A stretch of DNA of 64,000 bases from Nanobdellota archaeon (GCA_051819685.1 JBNJGI010000001.1:18-64017), one strand, 5' to 3'; positions 1 to 11,194 are shown, counted from the first letter of the stretch. Translations and numbers: made by a program. Notes: generated by a model from the sequence alone, not told the origin.

Positions 1-3000
1 AATTAACAAACTCAGAAAAATTAATATTCCTGAAATTCTCAGAAGGCAGATCATTAACAAAATTCGTATTTGAAACAAAATAATAACTTCCATTCGAAAC
101 ATTACCAAACACTGAAACTGAATCAACCGAAAAATTATTCGAAGGAATCATAACTGTTTTTGAAAAATTCCCATAAAACCTAAAATCAGCATTTGAAAAA
201 TTAGAATAAAAACTTGATGAATTAATAACATCAATATAACTTTCCAAATCCAAATCAGAAAAGTTATAATCAGAAACTTCAAGCTCTAAAACAACATCGC
301 TCTCATTCAAAGAAACATTCCCTGACAAATTATCAATACTTGAAAGCAAAGAATAATTTCTAAAATCAATCATATTGGAAGTATTCCAAGAATAATTCCA
401 AGATGGAATGTGAGTTTCTTCAAAAACAAAAACATTACTTGAATTCAAATAAGGCAAAAACCTTGACTCATTAAAATACTCATAATTCAATTCAAAATCA
501 AAAGAATAATTCTTCAAACTTGAATTTTCTTGAACCAAAAACCATTTCTGCAATGAATTCCCTGAAAATGATCCATCATCATAACTCCCATTCAAAGAAA
601 TCAATTCATTCAAAGAATTCCTGAATTCAATAATAGAATAATTATAATAATAAACATCTTCAGTAAAATTAGAAGAACCATTATACACATAAACAGTAGA
701 ATTAGTTTTACTTCCATTAACAACTGAATTCGAAGAATTAAGAGTTGATGAATTCAAAAACAAATCAACAGAAGAATCATCAATTGAAATCGATGAATTA
801 TGCACATCAAAATTAACATTGTCAAAAATACAATTAGTAAATTTAATATCAGGCAAATTAAACATAGTTATATTTGAATTTGAAAAATTAGAATTAATAA
901 TTTCACTTCCTGCACTTGAATTAATAAAAGTCAAATTAGAACTTGCACTAATATTATTCCAATCAACTCTTTTACCAACAAAACTTGAATTTGGAGAAGT
1001 AAAAACAACATCATTATAATCTCCTCCTGTTGTATTAACATAACAACTTAAATTTGATACATAAGGGCAATCTGCTCCTTTCGCTTCTTTTTCTTTATTA
1101 GTTGCATTAGCTAAAATCATTGAATATTTATTCGGTTGAAAGCTAACAACATATTTATCTTCATTTGGAACTTTAAAATTATATGAATTATTTTCATGAA
1201 CTTGATAATATTTCAAATTTTGTTGTGAATCAAAATAATCATTACGATATTTCTGATTTACTTCATAAAAATCTGCTGAGAAGAAATAATTATTATAATT
1301 CCAATCAGAAGATATATTTTCAAATGAAAATGAAACATTATCTGAATATTTTTCAGCAAATATATCCATTGAATAATCAAAGTTATCATCTTTGTAATCG
1401 GTTATGTTGTTCTCGGTATATTGAATGACATAATTGTTACAATTTACTGTATTTTCTAGACATTCGCTTGATATAATTTTTTCATTTTTAGTAATTAAAC
1501 TATTTCTGGGATTTAATTTAGTTGTATTATAAATTTCATTTTGATTATAAATAATGCTTGTTTCAAATATTGATGTCTTAGTTCCAGTTATAAAATTCAT
1601 CTTGTTTTCTCTCATCAAGTCAGTTTGATAATGACTATAAATATTATAAGCATTTGGATTAAATTCAATGCTTTTTTTACTTAAATTTTTTATTTCATAA
1701 AATAATAAGGAATAAAATGTATCAAAACCAGTAGTTTCTTTTTTAATAACACCCAACTCCCACTCTCCATCGGAATCAATGTCAGTGAAAAAAATATCTG
1801 ATGGAGTGTAATCTAGCTCATAACTTTGAAATTCTGCGCTTGAAAGATTGACTGATAGATTGTCTCTTTGAAGAATTCTAATATAATTTTGTGTTTTATC
1901 AAGACAAACTAAATCTTGAATAGTATCTTTATTAAAATCAAAAATTATAAATTCTTCACAATATTCTAAATTATTATTATCAAGATTTAGTGTTCCTGAA
2001 GTTATTTTTTGTGAATCAGAATCCTCAATTAATGCATAATTCCAAGGTTCATCATGACTCCCATTCAGCACAATAATGTCCTTATAGAAATCTCCATCAA
2101 TGTCAAAAGAACCAAAAGAAGCCAAATTATTAAAAGTCCCACTCCAAGACTCAGAAAAACTAAAATCACCATCATAAGTAAGCAATATAAGCTCATCATT
2201 TCCACCAATCAGAATATCGCCATCTCCATCCCAATCGAAATCAGTAATAAAAAACTCATAAGAAGAATCAAAAGAAGAAGAATTAAAAACAGGATCCAAA
2301 GAACCTGAAGAATAAGACTCCAAATCATCACCAGAATAAATCAACAATTCCGAACCTAATATAATAATATCATCAACACCATCTAGATTGAAGTCATAGT
2401 TTCCTAACTTAAATCCATTCATAGAACTCAAATCTGAAAAAGGATTATCATCAGCCAAAGACAACTTCGGCTCATAAGGAGAAACATTCACACACGAACC
2501 ATTATCCATAATACAACCTGAAAAAGAAACATCACCTACATCAGAAAACGAACAATTAGCGCTCCAATTAAAAGTCCCTGATTCAACAAAACTATAATCA
2601 AAAGAAAAAGGCAAAGAAGAAAAAGAAAAATCAGTCTCCTCAAAACTCAAATTACAATCAATAAAATCATGCCTCACACCCTCGCCGTCAACATAATGTA
2701 CATCAGTTATATTATAATCATTCTCAACCGAAACCATAGGAAAAAAAGAAGGATTTAAAGACAAAGCCCAGTGTTCCTGATAACCGATACTTTTACTTTC
2801 AATCGTACCATCAGCACACTCAACTCCGACATAAGAATTATCACACTCATAACAAGTATAATTATAATAGCCATTCGAAAAATCAGGGACTAAAGAAAAA
2901 TCAGCATTATTATCCGTAGAATTATAAAACGAAACATTACAATTTCTGTCTTCTTCTACAAACCCTTCTTCATCTGAAATTGAAAAATTGATATAAAGAT

Positions 3001-3112
3001 CGCTTTCATCCCTGAAAAAATAACCTGAATCCGAAGAAATATCAAAAGAAACATCTTCTGCATAAACAAATGGAATTACAAGTAAAATTAACAATAACCA
3101 ACCTCTTCTCAT
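1..3112 (-). CDS. Large secreted FG-GAP/VCBS-repeat surface protein, C-terminus beyond the window edge (>1030 aa)
   Basis: ATG at 3112 gives signal peptide MRRGWLLLILLVIPFVYA. Frame spot-checked open at several points; absent from the ORF track, consistent with no stop before base 1. Motifs DFNLDGVDD, DFDWDGDGD, DFNKDTIQD, DIDSDGEWE. Confidence 0.8.
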   Translation of the reverse strand, partial: MRRGWLLLILLVIPFVYAEDVSFDISSDSGYFFRDESDLYINFSISDEEGFVEEDRNCNVSFYNSTDNNADFSLVPDFSNGYYNYTCYECDNSYVGVECADGTIESKSIGYQEHWALSLNPSFFPMVSVENDYNITDVHYVDGEGVRHDFIDCNLSFEETDFSFSSLPFSFDYSFVESGTFNWSANCSFSDVGDVSFSGCIMDNGSCVNVSPYEPKLSLADDNPFSDLSSMNGFKLGNYDFNLDGVDDIIILGSELLIYSGDDLESYSSGSLDPVFNSSSFDSSYEFFITDFDWDGDGDILIGGNDELILLTYDGDFSFSESWSGTFNNLASFGSFDIDGDFYKDIIVLNGSHDEPWNYALIEDSDSQKITSGTLNLDNNNLEYCEEFIIFDFNKDTIQDLVCLDKTQNYIRILQRDNLSVNLSSAEFQSYELDYTPSDIFFTDIDSDGEWELGVIKKETTGFDTFYSLLFYEIKNLSKKSIEFNPNAYNIYSHYQTDLMRENKMNFITGTKTSIFETSIIYNQNEIYNTTKLNPRNSLITKNEKIISSECLENTVNCNNYVIQYTENNITDYKDDNFDYSMDIFAEKYSDNVSFSFENISSDWNYNNYFFSADFYEVNQKYRNDYFDSQQNLKYYQVHENNSYNFKVPNEDKYVVSFQPNKYSMILANATNKEKEAKGADCPYVSNLSCYVNTTGGDYNDVVFTSPNSSFVGKRVDWNNISASSNLTFINSSAGSEIINSNFSNSNITMFNLPDIKFTNCIFDNVNFDVHNSSISIDDSSVDLFLNSSTLNSSNSVVNGSKTNSTVYVYNGSSNFTEDVYYYNYSIIEFRNSLNELISLNGSYDDGSFSGNSLQKWFLVQENSSLKNYSFDFELNYEYFNESRFLPYLNSSNVFVFEETHIPSWNYSWNTSNMIDFRNYSLLSSIDNLSGNVSLNESDVVLELEVSDYNFSDLDLESYIDVINSSSFYSNFSNADFRFYGNFSKTVMIPSNNFSVDSVSVFGNVSNGSYYFVSNTNFVNDLPSENFRNINFSEFVN

Positions 3113-3187
3113 ACAAAATTAATAACCAAAATCATTTATAAACCTTTTGACTCATTCGATGAATCATGGAATAAAGTTAAGGATTTT

Positions 3188-3407
3188 AAGTGATAATATT
3201 GTCTTGAAGTAATTTTTGAATTTGAAGTAAAACGACTTACAGGAGCGTAAATTCAATCAAATTCACCCTGAGGGACGAACATTAGTTCGCAATATCCCTC
3301 ACTTTTTTTATTTTAAGTGTCAATTATTTGACAAAATTAGTCTATCCAAATTTCTGGGTTTTCTGCAAGGCAATATAAAAATACAACAAATTTCATGTCG
3401 TTAACTA
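3188..3407. mobile_element. MITE A copy (to 3321) joined to reversed left arm of MITE B (3322-3407)
   Basis: Core ACGACTTACAGGAGCGTAAATTCAATCAAATTCACCC; 3322-3407 is the reverse complement of the B left arm at 26731-26814. Confidence 0.8.
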
Positions 3408-3466
3408 AATAAACAAAGGATTTATAAATATAAATTTGATAAAATCTATTAAAAGAGGGGCTATAT

Positions 3467-6400
3467 ATGAATGAAATAAAAAAAACAGGATTATTAGTAT
3501 TAACCTTGATTATAATCCTTTCCCTAACTTCCCATGCACAAATAACTAAAACCTCAGAAATAGGACTACCTTCAAACACGGCAAGAATATTCGATTTTGA
3601 CAATGATGGAGAAAAAGAAGCTCTTGCATTCTCAGATAAAATAGACTCCACACTATCGAAAATATCATATTGGGACTACGATGGAAATTACTATTTAAAA
3701 CAAAACATAACCAAACACAAGCTAAAAAGATGCTCATTAAGCTATCAGGACTATAATCTAGACGGAAAAATAGACATATTCTATACATGCATGGACAACA
3801 AAAGCAAAATAATATCAGCGCTCTATCAATACAATGGCACACAATTTCAACTAAAAAAGAATTTTACTCCATATACGCTTGACAAACAAAAAATAGATGA
3901 AAATGCATACGGAGACACAATATTCTTTGATCTGAACAATGACGGATATTCTGATATAGCTAACGCATTTCTATCAGAAGGTCAAAACCTTTCAATATTT
4001 TATTACAATCAAACATCAAAAGATTTTAATAAAAAGACATCAAGAATACCTCTTATAAACAACACAATCAAAACATTCTTCATCAAAAATATTGACTACG
4101 ACGCAGACGGTGATTTTGACATAATAACTTATTCCTACGATGACGACCACTTTGATTTATTTGAAAATCAAATCTGTAATACAACTTCATGCTCTCAAAA
4201 AGCTTTGTTCAGAAAAGTGAACAACTCTAAATTCATAAACAACACCTTCTTTGAAGAAAAACATATAAAATCATTAAATATATTCGATGAAAATAAAGAT
4301 GGATTTCCTGATCTATATTACATTGTAGATAAAGGAGCTAGAGATGAAGACACAAGAAACCTTGAATTCGGCTATTTCCTTAACAAACACAGAAGAATGA
4401 ACCACACATTCTCGATAACCATCCCTTCAAAATACAACTTCACCTACACACACTCATCAACAAAACTGATAAACGAGTCATGGGAAAATTATTCAGGGAA
4501 ACCTAATCATTATCAAATAACAATAAAAAATTCCAATTACACATTATCAACAGGCAGGACACAGAAAAAAAACATATTCTACAACCTTAACATAACTGCT
4601 GAAGATTATTCAAACGGTGAATATTTTACAAACAACTATGATTACAACTCCCGAAAAGGAAACCTATTATACAGAAAAAAACTGAATCTTACAATACCTA
4701 ACCAATGTTACAACTACACACTACAAGCTGAATCACCTAATCTATTAAGAAGCAATATTTCAAAAAAATACAACTATTCAGACAATCTTGAATACTGCGA
4801 TGGATATGACAATAATTGCGATGGAAAAATAGATGAAGCATTCAACTACACATGGCCGGATGGAAATAAAACATTAGTAAAACAAGGTTTCGATTATGAT
4901 GGAGATGGATTTTTCCCTCAATATTATACAATAAATCATACAATCAATGAAAGTGGAAACATCACACAATACCAAGTAACATTCAATTGCACCCTTAAAA
5001 AGCAAAGGGAAAATACATTATACGATACAAACGATTATGACAAAAACATAATACCTATAGTGAATACTCCTAAAGAAACTATTAAAAGCGACAAGTCTTC
5101 AGGTAATACAGGAAGCATATCGATAAGAGAACCTACTGAAAAAAATAAAACAGAAAAAAAAGATAAAAAAGATGAAAAACCAAAACCTCAAGAAAAGCAA
5201 ACAGAAGAATCATCATCTAAAAAAGACACATTTGCCCAAACAATAACCAAAGAGCTTTCAAACAAAAAATTCAGCCAAAAAACAACTATAGAACATCACA
5301 ATGGGAAAACTGTAGTGACCGAAGAGATCAAGAATATAGACATATATCCATTAAATAAAGTAAAACTAAGAGTTAAGATACCCAAATACATATCAAGATC
5401 TGCTGAATATATAAAATCTCCTATTAATTTCAATATAATACAAATGGACCCTATAATAGATTTCGAAATAGGTAAAATTGACAGCTTCAGGAAAAAAACA
5501 ATACAATACAAATTCGACAAAGAGATATCAGAAGAAGACGCAAAATTCATCCAAAGCACAATCACCTATAAAAATACGACAAAAGAAGAAAAAAGACAAA
5601 TAGAAAAAAACATAAACGATACCAAAAAAACACTTAACATTTCACAAAAAACTAAAGTCAAAGACAACAAAACAATCGTAACTCTGGACCTTAATCCTCA
5701 GAACGAATCTGCAATGTACAATGTATCAGTCTTCCAGCAAATACCCAAATGTCTTATCGAAATAATAAACGATGAAGTAGCTGAATCTGATGTTAAATTC
5801 GATATATTGAACGCAGACCCATTAATAGTATGGCATTTTGACAAACTTATAGACAAGCAGAAAATACAACTAAGCATAAACTCAGTAGCCGACTCAAATT
5901 GTAGCGACATGATAACAACAAAAGCATTAGCAAGGCAGATAGTATTCTCTGAAAAAAAGATAAACTACACAAATGTAGCAATTGGTCTTCTATTCATCCC
6001 TCTCATAGGATTCATATTCATCCTTCTTTCTAACCTTACCAAAAAAGCGCCTGAAAAAACCAACAAAAAAGGCATAATTGGAAAAATAAGAAAATTCTTC
6101 AACAAAATAAATTTCAAGATACATGAACTAATACTCATAGTCCTGATAATACTCAACATACTCGATTTCATAGAGCTCCTTCCAGGTGATATTGATTACT
6201 TTAAAAAAATAATATCATGGATAATACTTGGTTATGTCCTATATGATGTAAGTATAACAGGAATAGTCACCGGAATAAGAGACAAGACACTTGACATAGC
6301 CCTCATAATATCTTTCTTCATGCTGACACTAAAAAACCTTGTCGGATTCGCTAAAGTAGCCATACACGAAGTAAATCTCATGAAAGACCTATACTCATTT

Positions 6401-8335
6401 ATATGGAAACACAATACAATATTTGAAATCAACCTATTCCTTCTCGGAATAGCAGGAATATTTATTTGTTCATACATACTTGCAAAAAAAGAATCAAGAA
6501 ACCCTTCAATAATAGCTACCTTCATAAAAAAACAGACATTCTTCAAAAATTTCACTCTAATCTTCATAGTATTATCAGGATTTTTCATAACAGTCTTTAA
6601 CCTTATGTTTGAATGGCTTGCAATAGCAGTAGATGCCTTCATACTAGTAACGACCATGATATTCATTATATTTATCATAATAAAACACCACAAACATTTT
6701 AAGAAAAAAAGTAAAATAATCGAAGATATATCAGAAAAACCTGAAGAATTCTATGAAAAAGTAATATCCCTGTTCCATTATAGAAAATTCATCCCTCTCG
6801 CATTTTCAGGACTACTAATACTATTCATGCTGACCGAAATAGCCAACTTTCTAATACCTTACCTGACCGGAATATACGACATAATATACTTCGGTAACTT
6901 CACAGAACAACACATACCTATATTCAACATAAAAGAGTTCTTCAACCCTGATGCAAGCCTTTTTGCTCTAAAAGCTGCGCCCTTAGACCTTCCTTACAAA
7001 GCTTTAGTATTCTCTGCATACTGCTTCAATTTCTTTGCACTCATATACCTTCTCATACTACCTGCAAGATACTGGTATAATTACTTCGTCCAAAAAGATA
7101 AACCTATAACAGAAATAAAACACTTCCACCTATCGCCTGGAGAAACAGGATTCTTCTTCGCAAGCCTTATAATATACTTATTAAAACCAGCTTTCGGAAT
7201 ACAGAAACTTAAAACATATGACATAATAGCAAAAGAAAAAACACTAGTAGGGGTTAATATAACAACAAAACTGATAAACCTCGATAACCTTCCTATAATA
7301 CTCCTTGTAGCTGTAATTGGAGGAATAATAATAACATTCCTTGCCTTCAGATTCAAAAAACAATTCACAGACTATCTTCTTTTAGCATCACTCATATTTT
7401 TCATAACCTATATATTTAAATTCTTTTCCACACAACTAAATTATTACACATCAACTATAATATCACTAATCACATCATCAAAAATACCTGCAATTATAAT
7501 AGGAATATTCTTTATACTTCTATTTATAATATCATTCATATCGATATACGGAATTGGATTCGCCACCATGATATACCTTTACTTACCGACATCCTTTCAA
7601 CATTGCTTAACAAAAATGCCTTTCTTCAAAGTAATATTCCACACTCAAAAAATGCATCACATCTCACACAGGAACTCCTCAGGAGACTACATAAAAAATG
7701 CATCTGAATTCATCAAAAAATCCTTAAAATCCAAACATGAATTATATTACATAGTAGAACACCTTGAAAAAAAAGGCTGGTCGATAGAAGAAATTGAAGA
7801 AGCTGTATCAAAAACAGTTAAAGATGAAGAAATATGGAAAGGATTCGATCATTACAAACATTACCATCACAACAAAAAAATAATCCATGCATTAAGAAAA
7901 TACATAAAAAAAGAACATAAAACAAAAAATCTTGAAGAAATAATAGAAAACCTGAAAAAATTAAGACTTGACATAAAAGACATAGTACATGCCATAAGAG
8001 AAACTTCCAAAGAACACCAAATAAATAAACCGTACTTCAAACCTGGTTTCCAGGAAGAATGGACACATCACAAACTTATAAAAATTCTTAAAAAAGCCGA
8101 AAAAGAAGGAATCTCATTCAAGGAACTTCACGGAAGTTTCAAATACATAAAAAGCGAAGACGGAAAAAAACTTGCTGAAGATATAGCTGAAGCTTTATTA
8201 GAAAGACACTCAAAACTATCTGACCTTGCAAAAACCCTCAAGAATTTCAAAGTAAAAGAAGATGATATAAGAGTAGCATTGAAAACAATAAGACCTAAAA
8301 ATGAAAAAGAAGAAGAAATCGTAAGATACTTATAA
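3467..8335 (+). CDS. 1622-aa surface/membrane protein: signal peptide, FG-GAP repeats, MopE-like motif, two Ig/PGF-pre-PGF-like domains, multipass membrane region, cytosolic tail
   Basis: DFDNDGEKE, DYNLDGKID, DLNNDGYSD, DYDADGDFD, DENKDGFPD; CDGYDNNCDGKIDE; many hydrophobic helices after about aa 835. Confidence 0.8.
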   Translation: MNEIKKTGLLVLTLIIILSLTSHAQITKTSEIGLPSNTARIFDFDNDGEKEALAFSDKIDSTLSKISYWDYDGNYYLKQNITKHKLKRCSLSYQDYNLDGKIDIFYTCMDNKSKIISALYQYNGTQFQLKKNFTPYTLDKQKIDENAYGDTIFFDLNNDGYSDIANAFLSEGQNLSIFYYNQTSKDFNKKTSRIPLINNTIKTFFIKNIDYDADGDFDIITYSYDDDHFDLFENQICNTTSCSQKALFRKVNNSKFINNTFFEEKHIKSLNIFDENKDGFPDLYYIVDKGARDEDTRNLEFGYFLNKHRRMNHTFSITIPSKYNFTYTHSSTKLINESWENYSGKPNHYQITIKNSNYTLSTGRTQKKNIFYNLNITAEDYSNGEYFTNNYDYNSRKGNLLYRKKLNLTIPNQCYNYTLQAESPNLLRSNISKKYNYSDNLEYCDGYDNNCDGKIDEAFNYTWPDGNKTLVKQGFDYDGDGFFPQYYTINHTINESGNITQYQVTFNCTLKKQRENTLYDTNDYDKNIIPIVNTPKETIKSDKSSGNTGSISIREPTEKNKTEKKDKKDEKPKPQEKQTEESSSKKDTFAQTITKELSNKKFSQKTTIEHHNGKTVVTEEIKNIDIYPLNKVKLRVKIPKYISRSAEYIKSPINFNIIQMDPIIDFEIGKIDSFRKKTIQYKFDKEISEEDAKFIQSTITYKNTTKEEKRQIEKNINDTKKTLNISQKTKVKDNKTIVTLDLNPQNESAMYNVSVFQQIPKCLIEIINDEVAESDVKFDILNADPLIVWHFDKLIDKQKIQLSINSVADSNCSDMITTKALARQIVFSEKKINYTNVAIGLLFIPLIGFIFILLSNLTKKAPEKTNKKGIIGKIRKFFNKINFKIHELILIVLIILNILDFIELLPGDIDYFKKIISWIILGYVLYDVSITGIVTGIRDKTLDIALIISFFMLTLKNLVGFAKVAIHEVNLMKDLYSFIWKHNTIFEINLFLLGIAGIFICSYILAKKESRNPSIIATFIKKQTFFKNFTLIFIVLSGFFITVFNLMFEWLAIAVDAFILVTTMIFIIFIIIKHHKHFKKKSKIIEDISEKPEEFYEKVISLFHYRKFIPLAFSGLLILFMLTEIANFLIPYLTGIYDIIYFGNFTEQHIPIFNIKEFFNPDASLFALKAAPLDLPYKALVFSAYCFNFFALIYLLILPARYWYNYFVQKDKPITEIKHFHLSPGETGFFFASLIIYLLKPAFGIQKLKTYDIIAKEKTLVGVNITTKLINLDNLPIILLVAVIGGIIITFLAFRFKKQFTDYLLLASLIFFITYIFKFFSTQLNYYTSTIISLITSSKIPAIIIGIFFILLFIISFISIYGIGFATMIYLYLPTSFQHCLTKMPFFKVIFHTQKMHHISHRNSSGDYIKNASEFIKKSLKSKHELYYIVEHLEKKGWSIEEIEEAVSKTVKDEEIWKGFDHYKHYHHNKKIIHALRKYIKKEHKTKNLEEIIENLKKLRLDIKDIVHAIRETSKEHQINKPYFKPGFQEEWTHHKLIKILKKAEKEGISFKELHGSFKYIKSEDGKKLAEDIAEALLERHSKLSDLAKTLKNFKVKEDDIRVALKTIRPKNEKEEEIVRYL

Positions 8336-8377
8336 AAAAATAAAAAAAAATAAAATTCAATCAAAAAAATTCAATCA

Positions 8378-9430
8378 TTAACTTTCTACAGCACTAATCT
8401 CGATAATACCACTATACTCTCCTGAAGGTATGTTCTTAGGAAGATCAAAACTAATACTGACATTATCCATATTACCCTTTGAGATAAACTTCTCACCATA
8501 ACCATCCACAGTTAAATTTGCAAATCCTTCAAAACCTTCAAGAAGAGCACTAAATACAATATTCTTATTAGCTCTAACACCAATTCTAATATTTACAGTT
8601 TCACCAGGAAGAGCTGCATCACCTTCAATACTTTCAATAAAAAAAGGAGCATTAATGATATCTGCTGATATCCAATCACTAACTCCTCCACTCTTATCCA
8701 AAGCTCTTACAGAAATATTCACCTGATCATTATAAGACACATTGAAATTTGTATTATTTCCTTCCATAATAAAATCCTGTATCGCCATAATAGAATCATT
8801 AAAAATATATTCAAAACCATCAATATCATCATTACCATTAACATCATGAGACAATAAACTTAACATAAGAATATTATCTTCAGCCACAGCAGAAAGATTA
8901 CTAACAACAGGAGCTCCATTAAGAACAATTATATCAACAGAATCCTTATCTTCTTTATAAAAAAAAGGATCAGAAGAAACAAAATCAGCTGAATTATTAC
9001 CAGTATCCGAAACTCTTAACAAAGAATAACCATCACTAACAAGACCTACAGGACTCCCTTCGAAAACCTCACTATCACCATATCCTACAATCTCCTCATT
9101 CAACTTTACAGCGCCTTTATTATTCTGTAATTCGAGATCTCTAATAATATCGAAAGACTCATTCTCACCTATAAAAAAACTGCTCCTTGGAAGAACAGTC
9201 CTCTTTTCAAGACTTCCGTTCCAAACAACATTCCATAAATCATCTCCTGTAGAAGTATAAATATTAAAGCCGACAGTGTTCTGAGGCTCATAAAGGGGGT
9301 TATAGATTTCAATAAATTCTTTTCCATCATCACTACTGTCGGCATTATAGAATATCTGTTTTATCTGCAAGGCTTCAGCGCCTGAAGTCGCTATAATAAG
9401 CATCATCATAATAATAATCATCTTTTTCAT
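8378..9430 (-). CDS. Secreted lamin-tail-domain (LTD) protein
   Basis: Signal peptide then IKQIFYNADSSDDGKEFIEIYNP; SLLRVSDTGNNSADF. Confidence 0.7.
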   Translation of the reverse strand: MKKMIIIMMMLIIATSGAEALQIKQIFYNADSSDDGKEFIEIYNPLYEPQNTVGFNIYTSTGDDLWNVVWNGSLEKRTVLPRSSFFIGENESFDIIRDLELQNNKGAVKLNEEIVGYGDSEVFEGSPVGLVSDGYSLLRVSDTGNNSADFVSSDPFFYKEDKDSVDIIVLNGAPVVSNLSAVAEDNILMLSLLSHDVNGNDDIDGFEYIFNDSIMAIQDFIMEGNNTNFNVSYNDQVNISVRALDKSGGVSDWISADIINAPFFIESIEGDAALPGETVNIRIGVRANKNIVFSALLEGFEGFANLTVDGYGEKFISKGNMDNVSISFDLPKNIPSGEYSGIIEISAVES

Positions 9431-9563
9431 TGTAGAAACAAGGAAGCATCAATCTGATTTATAATCTTCGGAGAAAAATCCGGAAACTAATCGAAAAAAA
9501 TGAAAAACATAAAAATAAAATAAAAAAATTTCTAAAAATAATATACACAAAAATAACAAAAAA

Positions 9564-10148
9564 TTAACGATTCAATGATACCAGACATTTTTTTCTCGGC
9601 ATATTCTCAAATCTCAAAACATCTTTCTCTTCTTTTATATCATGGTATTCAAGGATAGTAAGTAATTCCTTAAGAACTTTTACAGTCGCATAAACATCAG
9701 ACATAGCACGATGTGCTTCAGAATTAACAATACCGAAATGATTACATAAAGCACTTAATCTTTTGCTATAAAGATCAGGCAACAACCTATTTGCAAGCTT
9801 TCTTGTGCATAACTTATCATTTTTTAAATCAATACCATGATAAAACCTTGAATTATGTTGTAAAAAACCAAAATCAAAAGAAGCATTATGAGCTACAAAA
9901 ATATCATCACCAATAAAATCCTTCAAGAAAGGTATAACATCCTTGATCAAAGGAGCATCTTTCACCATCTCATTATCGATTCCCGTAAGATTAGTAATAA
10001 AAGAAGGTATCTTAACTCCAGGATTAACTAAAGTATGGAATTTATCGATAATCTTTCCACCATCAACCTTTGCGCACGCAATCTCTGTAATCTTATCGGA
10101 ATTTTTGGAAAGACCTGTAGTTTCAATATCAGTGATAACATAAGCCAT
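9564..10148 (-). CDS. DEDDh 3'-5' exonuclease (DnaQ/PolC-like)
   Basis: DIETTGL, VAHNASFD, HRAMSD motifs. Confidence 0.9.
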   Translation of the reverse strand: MAYVITDIETTGLSKNSDKITEIACAKVDGGKIIDKFHTLVNPGVKIPSFITNLTGIDNEMVKDAPLIKDVIPFLKDFIGDDIFVAHNASFDFGFLQHNSRFYHGIDLKNDKLCTRKLANRLLPDLYSKRLSALCNHFGIVNSEAHRAMSDVYATVKVLKELLTILEYHDIKEEKDVLRFENMPRKKCLVSLNR

Positions 10149-10259
10149 TTATATTAAACATAGATTCCTGTTTATAATTTTTATTGCGATATACTTTATA
10201 ATAACTAAAAAGTAGTCACAACAAATAAATTTTTAAATTCGTAAAAAATACAAAATAAA

Positions 10260-10574
10260 ATGGACAGAACTATAGAGAAGCTAATATGTAATTTCAAAAA
10301 TAATTCGAATAATCATGAAACTGTCGAATTGACTCCTAAAGAAAGGTATAGATTTAATGATGTTTCATCAGATAGGATAAACCAGCAAATGAGAAATCTT
10401 ATAAAAGAAAATTTCAATCTTGAATCAATAGACCCTGATACAGGCAAAGTAATTTATCATGATAGTTATAATAGAAAAACAATATCATTAGAAGTGCTTG
10501 GATATGAAGAATCAATCATCGGTCATTATAGACCTTCACAAACAATTTTCTCTAAATTAAGGGATGAAAAATAA
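10260..10574 (+). CDS. Hypothetical protein
   Basis: 104-aa ORF filling the gap, TATA-like sequence upstream. Confidence 0.6.
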   Translation: MDRTIEKLICNFKNNSNNHETVELTPKERYRFNDVSSDRINQQMRNLIKENFNLESIDPDTGKVIYHDSYNRKTISLEVLGYEESIIGHYRPSQTIFSKLRDEK

Positions 10575-10578
10575 AAAT

Positions 10579-11103
10579 TCAAACACCGATAACATCACTT
10601 TTAGTAACTATACCTGCAATCTTACCTTTATCATTAACCAAAACCATAGAAGAATGCTTTAAAATCTGTATTATAACATCCACATTAGTACTCCTGCATA
10701 CGACAGGTGGAGGACTTTCCATGACATCCTTAACATTACAAGAACCTGAAGTACCTAAAAGACTCCTTTCAGTCACAACACCCATGACCTGATCTTTATC
10801 CTTGACAGGAACCTGTGAAATATTCTGTTTTTTCATAATATCTGTAACCTGATTGCATAAGTCATCCGGCTTCACAAAAAAAATATCTTTTTGCATAATC
10901 TCATCAGCACATAATTTTCTATCGCGAACCTTACCTTCAAGAGCTTCAATAATTTTTATCGCCTTTGAAAAGCCGGGATCTATAAGCCCTGATTCTATCT
11001 TGGCTATAAAAGACTGTGAGACATCCGAAATTTCAGCAAGACCTTTTTGAGTTATTCCAAGATTCATTCTTATACTTTTTATTTCATAAACATTCTTTAT
11101 CAT
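10579..11103 (-). CDS. XRE-HTH plus tandem CBS-domain transcriptional regulator
   Basis: ITQKGLAEISDVSQSFIAKIESG then a CBS pair; start placed at ATG 11103 to avoid overlapping metK. Confidence 0.85.
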   Translation of the reverse strand: MIKNVYEIKSIRMNLGITQKGLAEISDVSQSFIAKIESGLIDPGFSKAIKIIEALEGKVRDRKLCADEIMQKDIFFVKPDDLCNQVTDIMKKQNISQVPVKDKDQVMGVVTERSLLGTSGSCNVKDVMESPPPVVCRSTNVDVIIQILKHSSMVLVNDKGKIAGIVTKSDVIGV

Positions 11104-11194
11104 GAAAATAAAAAATAAACAATCATTAATAAATATTCTCATTGGAATAAAATTTTCAAAATATTTTATAAAAAGAATACGAATTTTTAAAATC

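Noticed and set aside
819..2308. Plus-strand ORFs 819-1019, 1183-1428, 2054-2308
   Set aside because: Antisense shadows of the large minus-strand gene; the same applies to most short ORFs opposite confident genes.
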